Source: Setoptus koraiensis
Taxonomy: Eukaryota; Animalia; Arthropoda
Length of the DNA stretch: 64,000 bases
NCBI GenBank assembly: GCA_048013815.1
Contig: CM106585.1
Location: 2,418,001-2,482,000, forward strand
Direction: 5' to 3'
A model generated the notes under the pieces. That model did no database searches. It was not told where the DNA came from and saw only the letters and a list, made by a program, of their open reading frames with translations. The position numbers and the translations under genes are program-made. Positions 37,601 through 50,030 of the stretch are shown piece after piece; position 1 is the stretch's first letter, and each line of letters begins with the position of its first letter.

Positions 37601-38815
37601 TCGATAACTGTGCAATGATCACGTGACACAAGTACATGATGTTATTCTATCCTACATAAATTGTAATTCTGCTGCTGTTGCTGCTGTAATAGCTTGATGT
37701 AAGTATAGAGAGCAGTAATGTTTATGCTATATGTATTACATGTGTATGTATTATGCAAGATTATTGTAAGAAAGATGGCAATGGTGGTTGTTTGCCATTA
37801 GTGCAGATCCGACAGTGCTTTGCATCGTGTGTTTGCCTGCTAGTGGCACCAGGATTGAACGCGTGGGAGTCGCAAGTAGCATAAAGTCAATTTGTAGCTG
37901 TCGGTGGAACAACAAAATACAGCCGGCTGTTGTTGTTGTTGTTGATTCTATCCAGTCACGTAAAAATGACTGCCGCCAATTGTCACGGCCTCACATAATG
38001 ACCCCTGACCGATACTGTTTGTCTGTTGATCACTGGCCGTTGCACTGTTGGTTGTGTGTTTGCAAACGGTTTACGATGCCACAATGAGTAGACTGACCGT
38101 AAAATGTTGCGCGGCATGCTGCTGGGTTGTTGCATTGGGGCCGCTGGCGAGCATTTCGAGGATATTCAGATACCGCAAGGGCCGCATGTTTGCTGCTCAT
38201 CGGATCAATACACCAGCAAGCCAAGTTGGCTTGTCGGATCGACCGCAACTACATTTGCTTTGGGCAACTCATTTCACTCATTACAATCGTCATCATCAGC
38301 TCATTTGGGGCTTCTGGCTACAAACAGGATGTGCACGTATTGGTGCGTGTCGCTTTGGCTATAAGCGCCCACAGAAATAAGAAAAGTGCCCTTAATTCGT
38401 TAGTGTTTCCTAATGCTAATTCTTTTTCTCTATTTCGCTGTCAAACACGCGATTGTCTAGTGATGATGTCAGCAGCATTAACATACTAAGAACGTGACGG
38501 GCACCGCGACGACGACGACGCCGGCCGCCGGCACTACTTTCACTACTGCCACTGCCATCACCATGACAGCTTTTGACTGCAACAAATGCAAATATGTTAG
38601 TTTGGCTCTCTCGCTATCGGGGCGCTTATTATTATTGTTGTTGTTACATAAGGCTGCTGGTAGTTATAAAAGCTCGTGTGATATGGGGCCTGCACACTGG
38701 CCCTGTGTGTAGCCTCTAATTCATTTGGGTACGGGCCCACAGTGAGGGGCAGAAGCGAGGGGCAGAAGCGACCAGTTTTAGTACTTTTGAAACGTGCCCT
38801 GCTTCGTTGATGAGC

Positions 38816-38852
<37 letters not shown>

Positions 38853-38863
38853 GCGCGCGCGCG
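38816..38863. repeat. (CA)n(CG)n alternating purine-pyrimidine tract
   Basis: 48 bp of uninterrupted alternation, ending in about six CG dinucleotides. Confidence 0.9.
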
Positions 38864-39237
38864 AACGTATTCCGGACCGTTTGGGGACCTCTATCCACTC
38901 CAATGCTCATGCCAGCATAAAGGGGCACCTCATCAGCGAAAAATCATCATGGTTGCGCCGCTCAACCGGGTCCAGCCACACCCCGGCCCCCAACCAACTG
39001 CAGCGCCTAGCGTATAGTGCTATGGGCCCGTCCTCAGTGTTTGTGTGCGCTTTGTCTGATTCAGCTTAATAGCACATATATACGGACAGATAGCGCTGGA
39101 TGGTAATAGCGCCAATATTATCACGAGCCGCCAATAATGTAAGCGTTAGAGGGCGAAGCCAAATTAACGGCTCTTTCAGTGCGTGTGCGTGTGTGTGTGG
39201 CCCCACTTTTTTCCCAATTGAACCAATTACTCTCCTC

Positions 39238-39260
39238 TGTGTGTGTGTGTGTGTGTGTGT
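39238..39260. repeat. (GT)n microsatellite
   Basis: Read directly. Confidence 0.85.
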
Positions 39261-42200
39261 GGGTGTGCTAACGCACGCGCTCTTGCATAATACACGCTCC
39301 GGCATTATAATAGTAATTGTTGGGTTCGTAACTTGGGGCCCACAAGCAAGGTGTCCCTATATTTAATCTCATGCAAGTGCAAGCTGACTGGCTGACTAGC
39401 TGACTGGGGCCATGATTGAATATTGTATTATCAAGCAACGGCTAAAGTATTCTGTATTCTTTTGGGGCAGGCAGCGGCAAACAAAACGCTCAAGCAAGCG
39501 GCCTCATGCCAGCAACCAGACAACCAGGCATCCAATATACATATGACTGTCTGATATAATATTGACTTCATATCGGCGCGTTCATACTCATAACGCGTCA
39601 TTTGCACGTGTTATAAGCCAAAAACAGAATGTGTATAGCGCAAAACTCTAGTGAAATTTGGCACAATTTTTGTTCCAGTTTGTTCAGGCGAGCATGCTTG
39701 CCAACGGCTTCGTTTATCCTCGCCACATCCTGCAGCCGGCGAACAAATGCGATCCCAAATGTTGCTGTCGTTCTTTTTCACTTGCTCGCTTCCATACTGA
39801 GAACTGCAGCGCTACTGCCAGATGATTCCATCGGCGCTCTTCCATCACTGCCATCGCTGCCATCACTGGGAACAGGCCACAGGCCAGATTACCGGTCTGT
39901 TATAGCATTATACAGCCACAAGAAGCCACGACCATAACCGTTTTATGGAAGACATTTTTGGGTAAAAGTCGAACAGGGCCATGTCAGGGCTGTTTACCAA
40001 GCAACTGACAGAGCCACCGACCAGCAAACTCGCACACTTTGGCCCGCTCCTATATCTGGCACCTACGATCATCGCACGACAGTGGGCAGCAGCTCTCTCC
40101 TTGTTACACAACCAGCTGGATACATACTAATTGGGGTGATTGGCTTCATGAGCCGGCTGGCTGACGACGCTGCTGGACACACCCTGCCCGAATTGATCCA
40201 TGCATGTGAATATAAATGCCGCATGTAAATCCGGGGGACCCAAATCCAACGCGCACCACTACATATTGAATTAGGTGTGAGTGTGTGTTCACAGTGGTCC
40301 CAGCTAATGGTATAGATAAATTTGTTACATTATGGCGGCGTCCAAGTGTGCGATGTAGCGGCCATCCATGGTAATCATAAATGTGATGCATGCGACGGTG
40401 TTGTATGTAAGAGGAGATTACGTTTGTGTTTGCGTTATGTTTGCGTAACAGACTACGCGGACAAGTGCACCATGACGCACAAGTTTGCTGTCCACTGCTC
40501 ACTGCCCACTGGTCAGCCAGATAGCCAGTATCTGGACTCAGTATATTTGTCGGTGTGCGATAATGATCGGCATGGTGGCCAACCATGGAATAAGTCGCAT
40601 GAATTAGTGGATACACACAATTACAGTTGTAGATATATAGCGAGATAGCGATTACGATAGGTGCAACTGCATTAGTTTATACAATCATCGTTTAATAGTG
40701 CCAACTTTCGCACTTACACTTAGGCGCTCTGTTGTTTCTACAAAAAAAGAGAAAGCCTGGACAAAGTCCAGTTTGCAGAGCAGGTAGATTTCTATAGATA
40801 TGCCATGTTCTTTGGTATGTTCTTGTGTGGCTGGCTGTTGTTCAATGTGTCAGTGAATATTAGCACTAAGGCCAGCCGGACGGCCAGTCACCCAGTAATG
40901 GCCCGCCTCAAATATAAAGAAGATAGGATTATTAATGTGTCGCCCTCCAGACTCCTAATGTTCCCCACTGCGGAGAATGTGCGCCTATGCGTCTTCGCGC
41001 CTTGCCTATAAGAGGGGAGTCACCGATGGTGCATGTCAGACGACAGTCAGCGACCAAGTGTTGGGATTATGTATGTGTGGGCACGGGTATCATTAATCTG
41101 GTATTATTGCCATTATTACTACGGTCACTGGCGTCAGCAAGCTAAATCTATCCGAAAGTCGTTTTATTTTGATTCATCAACTACTTCTATAGTCTGAGAA
41201 TTCGCAGCCACGCTCAATAAGGCACCAGGTGCCCCCCCCCCCTGCGGAACCTTAGGGACTCGCTGTCAATTCTATATACAACTGTTAGTACGTGTTTAAT
41301 TAAATGGTTAGCTCAAATGAGACCCTTGAGCCACCTTTGACATTTCGATAAATTCTATTTATTGACGATCTAAATTGAACGCTGTTCCATTTGTTTATGA
41401 TCTATGTGATTCTGTTGCTTTTGTGACACTGATAAAGGCGAGATTATCCTTATCTTGCCTCATCCTAGACAACTATTTTATACACAGGCAAGTATATGTG
41501 GTGTAAATATAGATGTATGTTGGCTTAGTCTTGTCGGTGGCCTCGTTTCGCTTTGGGGGCTAGTGATGATCATTGATAATAATTGATATATGGTCGCACA
41601 TTGGGGCGTCGACAGACAAAGTGTATGTCAAAATTGGCGTTCCCTCTGGGGATTTCATGGAGGCCCTATTTTGACATGAGTGCCTGTCGAGCTGTGGCAC
41701 ATTCAAACTTGCATTACATACACAAAGTTGAGTGCACTATGAAATGGTTCAAGGGCCATCGATTGCTCTCTTGCTCTGGCTTATTTCTCTCCCGATGTTA
41801 AATGATGAGTTTAGCTTGTCTTGTTTCGATTGCTACTTCCTGTTAGTGTGATCCCAAAAATCATCAGGCTCGTCGTTGTTGGCGGCGCAATCAGTGAGTA
41901 TCCTCTCTTGATATCTATTCAATTTCAACAGTGATTATATATGTATGTATGTATGAGTGTGTGCGTGTGTTTGCGTGGTTAAATTTTAATCTCATGACCA
42001 TTAATCATCCCTCGTGAGTTTGATATAATTTTTGCTTGCCTCACTGAAGGGGCGACTTCTCGAAGTTGGCCGAGTGTTGCCCATCTCATTTCTCTAATAC
42101 AATCTGGTTATTGTCGGACAAGAATCGCCTAACTATACTGTGGATTATATAATGGGAATACTCGATGCAGACTTTGCATTGACATTATTTACATTATCGC

Positions 42201-42658
42201 GTTATGAAGCATCATAATTATTCGACAGCTGTTTGAATATTTTTTGGTTGAACCATTTTATTTTGTTCGCATTTTGGTGCAGCTCTGTTGCTGTAACAAC
42301 AATGGCAAATGCGTTGAATTGCGCCATCCTTATAATTGGACTGAACCCCTTTGAGCCCTATATTGTCGAGTGAATTCATGACGGTGAATTCATGACGTGA
42401 ATATTCACCAAATATTCACGTGTTTACATTCATTCATTTGTGAAAAATAATCAATAAAAGGTGCTGAACAACATTCCTCTTTAAACAAAATTTTACCAAT
42501 ATGTAATATATATCAAGTATTATTGATTTATTTATTTGAATATAACTGTGATTTTAATTTCTTATACACGATGACGAGGATCATCCATGGGCAATAACAG
42601 CATAAAGAAGACACTGGAAACGGAGAATAATGGATGACAGGTAAAACAGAAAACGTTC

Positions 42659-42750
42659 AGCTCTGAAATTCCATGCAGGCCAACTAAACGCAGACCAAAT
42701 AAATGCAGACCAACTAAATGCAGACAAATCAACCAACACAAGCTCTGAAA
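42659..42750. repeat. 15-nt tandem array (GCAGACCAACTAAAT-like, about 4 copies) bracketed by AGCTCTGAAA direct repeats
   Basis: Units start at 42675, 42690, 42705 and 42720. Flanking 10-mers at 42659 and 42741. Confidence 0.75.
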
Positions 42751-45700
42751 CTTTTCAACCTACTCTCTGCCAATACACTTTGTGAGATATACTTTGTGAA
42801 ATAATTGCATCACTGCATTTGCACCATAGATATTTACACATTGGCTCGCCAGTTGGGCAACTGGAAACCCACTATGAAGCGCTGACTTAGTCAACCAAGC
42901 GTGATGAGTCGACTGGAGATCGTACTTGAGTAATGAGAAGAGTGAACTGAAGTGCCTCGAAACCTAGATAGGACAATAGTGACCAATGAGGCCACTATTG
43001 AGCAAGCAATGGCGCTCCCTTGTCGAGAGACTCTTATTGACCATCATTATGACGAGCCACAATCTGATTCAGCTTGACATTGTTATTGAACACTCACACA
43101 AACTTACGTCGATACAATCAAATAACAATATCACACATTGATCACACAATATCTCTCAAAGCGGCCATTTTAATCGTCCTATAGCTTGCCTGAGTAGCTA
43201 ATATGTCGACATGATCGGGGAAAACTTTGACAGGTGGCTAATAATGCAATACAGACACACGCCAATAACTGCGAATATTAGCTCGGATATTATTGGACTA
43301 GGCGACCCAACTTATTGGCGCCATCTTACGGACGAAGAGTTATTTTCGCTTTCGTTCTGGACCAAAGATTGAAATCAACTGTATAGCCGCTAACGCTCTC
43401 ACTTATGTCTTAACGGAGCCTGACAGCGATAGTGTCAAAGTTAAGCCAGGAATGAAATTGGCTTGGATTAAGGTTAAGATTAATGCTTGTTATGACTGTG
43501 GCTCTGTAGCAGTCGGCATTAACACTCTAGGTTTTGGGCACAAGCACTCTATACCTATTACCTTGTTGTATGTGTGTGCTACTTTATCCGTCCGGCTAAA
43601 GGTGATATTGGTAGATGTCGATTTGAGGACAGTTGCAATTCTGTGATTGAGTTAATAGGTGGCCATTATGTAGAGATATGTGTTGGTCCAGTTGGTTACG
43701 TAGCCCAAGAAACTCAGCTGTTGTTTATAAAATGTGCCACCACTTGAGTTGGTCAGACTGTGCTCGCAATAAGAAAGGCAATGACAGCAAAAACACTAAG
43801 AATCTATGTTACACTGAATGACACAAGCTTCACCTTTCCGTTGTTGCGTTTGTTTGCTTGAGTGCCTTAGGCCCCCATGTTAGTGGTATGGATTGTTACA
43901 TAATCTCAACGGTTGCGATCGTTATCAGTTAATAGGATCTTTCTTTTATTTCTCTGCCTGCTCTCTGCTTAAAGCACACTGGTCACTGTATGTGCAAAAG
44001 ATTTGTCTGAGTCTAGTTTGTGGGGCTAGCCTCACATGAATAGTACTGATTGAACCGCCGCCAACTTGCTAGTGTTGCTCATCTAGAATACATCTACGAC
44101 ATTGTTTGGCACTCAGACAATTTCTAATATGAAAAGCTGTCTGTGTGTACGAGTATGTGTCATGTTTGGGCCGCGCTCTAGCATCTATCAGTTAGACGAA
44201 TTGGCAATAACGATTATAAATGAGAACTTCTTTTTAGTCGAGACGCCATCTCAATTCATAGTGGAGAATGTGTATCAGTGTCAATTGAGTCTAGGGGCCT
44301 CTTGTATCAGTGACTGTATCTGTTACTCGGATGGAATCAATCAATTTCAATTTGCCAACAATACCGACAATGGTGCATCACAAACAGAATAAGTATCCTT
44401 ATTAGCGTAGTCATTGAATTAAGCAGTCTGACAACGAGGCATGGATCCAGATGAGAGCTATTTCGTGCGCGCAACCGGATAATCAGTATGTTTCGTTATG
44501 TGTTATTTGATATGATCAAAGAGAACCCAATGACCGAATGAATAAGACTATGCTTGTTTATGTGTTTGTTGTTGTCGTTTGTTAGCATCAATTTACGACA
44601 TAACAGAATCAGTTAAGTAGTTAAACAAGCAAATCTGTACATCAGTAGAGATCTCACATTTCAGATCTCACATTGTGCAATATGTACATGAGAAATTGAA
44701 TCATCATATCATCTCTACGAGCCGCTTAATTGATATTTTTGTTTGCTAGCAAGATTCAAATTTATAACTTCCTTATATTATTATTGTTGTTGTTGCAGCC
44801 GTAGTCATTCTCGTGGTATTTTTGCTATTATATCAAGTCAACATGAAATGATCACCACTGAAGCAAATCGAAAAATAACTGACTTGTCGTTTACATGTAA
44901 GTCTACACTGTTCTCTCTTTTGTAGATTGTATCATGCGTGGCCAGACAATTGTAGCGCCAATGGTTCAAACAATCTGATGCAAACACCATCCCAACTCAC
45001 AGGGAACCTCTCAGAATAACGAAAGTCAATTTTCCTTTTTATTACTAGCTATCTTGCGATAAAGATCTTAATAGACAATGAATTTTGAATTTCATGCAGC
45101 TCTCAGGACTTCAATGGCGACACTAAGAAAGATGACGAGCATTAAGCAATTAGTAGCTACTGGATATCGAGCCAACATGGCGCCTACAGCATCTGACTAA
45201 TGATCCAAGTTGATATAGAGTCTAATCTGATGTATTGCACAACATTAATGCGTCGTCGAGTTTCACAATAAATCCCATAAACACGAGATCTCTCTCGATG
45301 ATATCTTCTGAATTCACTGTGCCCGTGGCGCCTCCTGTTAAATTCAATCTCTACCACTCTCATAGCAACTTTGGTTGTAAAGGTCAGTTAGTTCGAGGTC
45401 ATTCAAGGCATTCGAAGAATTTATTGTTTTTGAGCCACATCTATTCTTGGGAAACACAAGACCATACATAGGGTCTGGGATGGAATACTGACAATGGATT
45501 ATGACAATTGTTCCGAAGATAGAAGGAGCGATAGTCGACCAGTTGATTTGGTTAGTTCGAGGTTCATCATCATCGGCATTGTTACATTAGTGATCTTTTA
45601 TTCAGCTAATCATAATGGTAAAGTTGAACATTTCCCAATAGAAAAAGGCTACATAATTATCTTGCCCATTCCTAGTTTGATTTATTTCACCTGATTGTTT

Positions 45701-45832
45701 CCTAGATACCAGTTTCTTATTGACAATTTTTCACGAGATACCAAATTAAAGTTAGTAATGAGTGATGGCCCCGCAATAGTCTGTCCCCTTCGCATGGTCT
45801 TTTTCTTGTTTCGAATCACGTGAAGATCCTCT

Positions 45833-47003
45833 TTATTTACGATGAGGGCTATTATATATTGAATTTATGATATATCTGTCTTTTTTCAACAACTGGAGTT
45901 GATTCTCGCTGAGTATTTCAGTTGGCACTTTGAGATTGCTTACTTTCTCTTTCAAAAGTAAGCATCTTAGGCATGCTCTATTCTTTTCACTAATACTGGT
46001 TATGTTGTTATTGAGCGATCCTTCGCCACTATCAAGCTCATGGCACCGCCTACATTTCAATAAGTTATCTTTAAGTAAGTACCTTTTCATGTCATCATGT
46101 CCCTGCGTGATAATTTTATCTACAAAGTCGGATTTTCGTTTAAATATTGCGTTCACAGCACGACACATATTATTAAAATTAAAATAAACTTTCATACCAA
46201 ATGAAGACCTCAATCCAAAGCCTTGATCTTCGTCACACGGACAAACGTCAACATCACCATAAAATGGAGATGCAATAACTTGATAAACCCCTTTAGCTCT
46301 ATCACATTCATCTATATCCAGCTTTGGTACATTGTCTGTCCAGGCACCATCGAAACATTTCGTGCCTAGGTAAGTTGGGGGCATCAATTTTCCGGACCAT
46401 ACAGGTATGAAGCAACCCGCCACGATTGCATCTATGAGGTCTGACCTGCTGTCGAATTGTGTTGCTACTGTACTTGTATAATCTTTCCATCTGGTTAAAC
46501 TGATACCAATATTTCCACTCACAATCTTGTGAGCCCTGATTGGTAGCATCTCTTCCATGAGTCTCCGAACAGTCTCTGTTAGATTCATGTATTTGATTCT
46601 TTCATAAATTTTATGATAGCCAAGTACCACCTCTTCTAGGGTTACACCAGAGCTAAGAAGGCCGGCTATAATTCTGATGAAAATCATGGTGGTTATGCCT
46701 ATCAATACAAGTATCATTTTTATTGGGTTAAAATCATTTGTGTGTATAAAAAAAAACAAACTTGACTTACTTACCCGCCACATGAGGCTCCCGATATTTT
46801 TTCATGAGGGTGATCCGGCCATACTTGCATCAAGATACTAATTGCACCAAAATAGTAACAACCTGTTGTCAATGAATTGATTGAAATTGAAAACGAATTT
46901 AAACAATCAGCGGCTACATTTTGGTATTTGACACAGATCGAGTACAATTATCCAAAAATATTGACTAACCTAAAAAGCCTGCACCAGGCAAGACTAAATT
47001 CAT
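45833..47003 (-). CDS. Patatin-like phospholipase/triglyceride lipase (PNPLA2/brummer-like), 3 exons, 320 aa
   Basis: Exons 47003-46970 (MNLVLPGAGFLG), 46862-46775 (..CYYFGA..ISGASCG) and 46673-45833 (SRSDLIDAIVAGCFIPVWSG..FDGAWTDN..SPFYGDVDVCP). Contains the GxSxG serine and the DG aspartate of the patatin dyad. Confidence 0.9.
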
Positions 47004-48419
47004 TCGATTTTTATAATAATCAATCATGTTTTTATGCAAAAAGATTTATCTATTCAACGAATTGGAAAGCTTGGGCGCGCAAAATTTCTTCTCTTCATGA
47101 AATATTGCCGTGAATCAATGGAGGCGTCCCGATGACAAAATGACAAGCATTTTCACAAACAAAATAAAGTTCCTAACCGATTGTCAACTCTATTAAATAT
47201 ATTCTTGCTGTCTCTTCTTTGCCGTATATTGTCTTGACTTTTATTTGTGGCAGTTTACTTTGAAATTGTCCAATTGTGGTAATGGTTCTAATGTATATCA
47301 AAAAGCTCGTCTAGGAAGTTGTCCTCTATTTGAATGTAATTTAATTGCAATGAAACTATCATAGGTATCATGCTCATATTCATCGTGGTGAGCTGATGGT
47401 AATCATTGATTTTTATCATTAAATCATAATTAGATTATCATCATCTCGTGATACTTATTTATCACACACAATATTGCCATACCAATCAACTTAACATGAC
47501 AAAAGTTTCTAACTTTTCGAGTTTGCCATGCTCTATCGTTGAATTTGATATAGTGACAATGACATCGAACGAGATTATGATCAACTATGAGTATAAACAA
47601 TATAGATTGATTCGTTGAAGAAAAACATCACTCAAAGAGTATTTAGGTGTGGATTCAGCCTCTAGCTACAGATATGCGCAAGAACAAGCACCACCTTTGA
47701 ACTAAAGTGATTGATCTAAATCGACGGTTAGTAACCTGCCAACAAACACTTATTCAATCTTAGACTTCAAGCGTATTGTGTGACAAAAACAATAATAACT
47801 GCCTGGTTTGAAAACTTCAAGGATTGAACGAAATAGAGTAAGAATGAGTTTCCTAATCTACTTGTGATCAATTTTTTAATTCAAGCTCGATACATAAACA
47901 AATAACTCAGACATGTTTCATCTGATTGGCGGAGATATTAGTCTTGTAGATGGAGTAAGGTTTCAGTGGTAGCGTTAGCCTATGAGATCTTCGTATAACT
48001 GAATGTTTCGTCATTTGTCTGATTTTTTCATCATACGGATCTCAACACTTCCGATACAATTTGAAATTGCAGATCTCTATGATCTTCTGACAGATTTGAA
48101 GCAACATCTCACTGGAGCATGTTATTTACTTTAGCCAATTTGTTTTTGATAATCTATAGATAGTACTAGTATTGCCCAGTGCTTGGATTGTTTTATTTGC
48201 TGATCTCAAAGTATCTCTCCTCGAATCAAGAATGTATTAAATAATATCTGTGATAGTCATTAGGATGCTTTAGTTGTTATTAGATACATTCAAGGGTCTA
48301 CACATGATGCACTCTTTCGGACAATCAATTGATGCTTAACATTTTTTTACTACTATATTCATACATATACATTTGTTCTATCTGCCGACAAAAGATTTTT
48401 GTTGTCAGCATTAAATTTA

Positions 48420-49696
48420 TCATTTCTTGCGTCCTCCCCCGCCCATTGCAAGTATTTGCACCACTCGTATGAATATGTTTATTGTGTCCATGTATAGGTG
48501 TAATGAACTGTAGAGATTTGACAGATAGATTGAAAAAAAAAATGATATATCGAAGTTATTATCATCACAATTGATTGTTATGGTGATACTGAAAGTTTTG
48601 GGTGCGTTACATCAGTAATTCTTCACACATTAGAATACTTACTGGTTTACTGGGTCAAATGGATACGTTGAATACAGAGGGTGAACTTCGGCCTGTTTGA
48701 TTGTCCTCTGTGTGTCGAACAATAACATACCGCTGAATAAGATTAAACCTCCATAAAGTGCAATTCCATACAAACCAAGACCAAGCTTAGATGTTGGTGG
48801 CAAAAATATAGAGCCGAGTGAGCTGGCTACAACTACTCCGAGACCAATCGAAAGTGGAGCCGATTGCATCAAAAATTTCTCTGATGGCGCGCAGACTGCG
48901 ATCGCTGACAGACCGCCAACAATACCGGCTGTATATGTGGCTGCCCTCAATAAGAGAGGACCCCCGACAACGGTCAAAGGGGCGAGTATAAGTCCGAGGA
49001 GGGCACAATGAGCAGCCCATGCAACTTGCTTGGGGCCTAAACCTGGCTCATATCGTATGGATTGAACGATACCTCCAGAAATCATGAGGGCTGCAATGGT
49101 GCCTATGGCCATGAGAATTCCACCCTTGGATGCCAACGCCAATATTGCAGGCGTTCTAAATCCCATATAAGCTGCCGATGCAGATATTCCAAGTCCAGTT
49201 GCGAGGTAGGTGTAAGTCGTGTGTATTCTATCCTTGACGTATTGAGGCCAGATCCTGAATAATTCATTTATCAAGAGAGCAAAATATTACGAAAATTAGC
49301 TAACAGCTGTGAAGTTAACATTGTTTGTAATTGAGATATTCATTCGTTCACTTACATAGATCTCTCGAGTGCTCCCTCTTGATTGGACAAGCCGAGTCCA
49401 TAGAAGCAAAGTGTGCCGACTCCAAGGGCTCCGGCTCCACCAATGACCATCATGCCATACTTGTTCATAGTGTTCACATTGAATTCTGGCACAGGTTTTG
49501 CTCTGATCGCCTCTGCCTTCTCTTTGGCACTAAATCTAACGTTGAAGCGGCTACTTCTACTGAATAGTCTGACAGTACCCTGGGCTGACTTGTTTGTTGT
49601 TTGTTGATAGCCAAGCACCGAAGTGGCGAATTTAGGTGCCGATGTTCTGGCCAGATCCGAAATAAGCATTCGAGAAGCCGCTAATGTCGACAGCAT
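48420..49696 (-). CDS. GHITM: Growth hormone-inducible transmembrane protein (MICS1/TMBIM5), 3 exons, 346 aa
   Basis: Exons 49696-49356, 49254-48643, 48507-48420. Mitochondrial-type N-terminus; LCFYGLGLSN..GALE; IWPQYVKDRIHTTY; FDPVN-H-SLHLYMDTINIFIR; terminal GGRKK. Confidence 0.96.
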
Positions 49697-50030
49697 TTTG
49701 TGTGTTTGTGTCTATACTTGCGTTGAATATTATTAGAAGTTATCAACGTTATAAAATTAAATCCAATTAAACAAACGGAAGAGATATGTGTCCCCTCGAA
49801 CGCGATCTCTCCGAGTACAAGTATCGAGATGACGGTTCCAAATGTGTTGTTTTTACAGTCAAATTCTTAATAATGTGCACTGATGGATTCTAGCTAAATA
49901 TTGCGTATATTATTGTTAGTATGATAATAATGATATTAAATGTGACCTCAAATAGTATTATAGTGCCTTGGAAATTTCCAGATAAATCCTTTTGTGATAG
50001 ATTCACATGCTAAAAACAACGATGCATACG

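Noticed and set aside
31903-38233. 8-bp-arm palindromes with 1-nt spacers (31903, 38217; also 7131)
   Set aside because: About this many are expected by chance in 64 kb.
33284-39953. Minus-strand Brd-box, K-box and GY-box-like 6-7mers suggesting an E(spl)/Bearded gene
   Set aside because: Scattered over several kb, near chance frequency, with no bHLH or Brd ORF and no paired Su(H) site.
41438-41462. AGGCAAGAT (miR-31 5' end) in a short hairpin
   Set aside because: Stem too short for a pre-miRNA and the 3' part of the mature sequence does not match.
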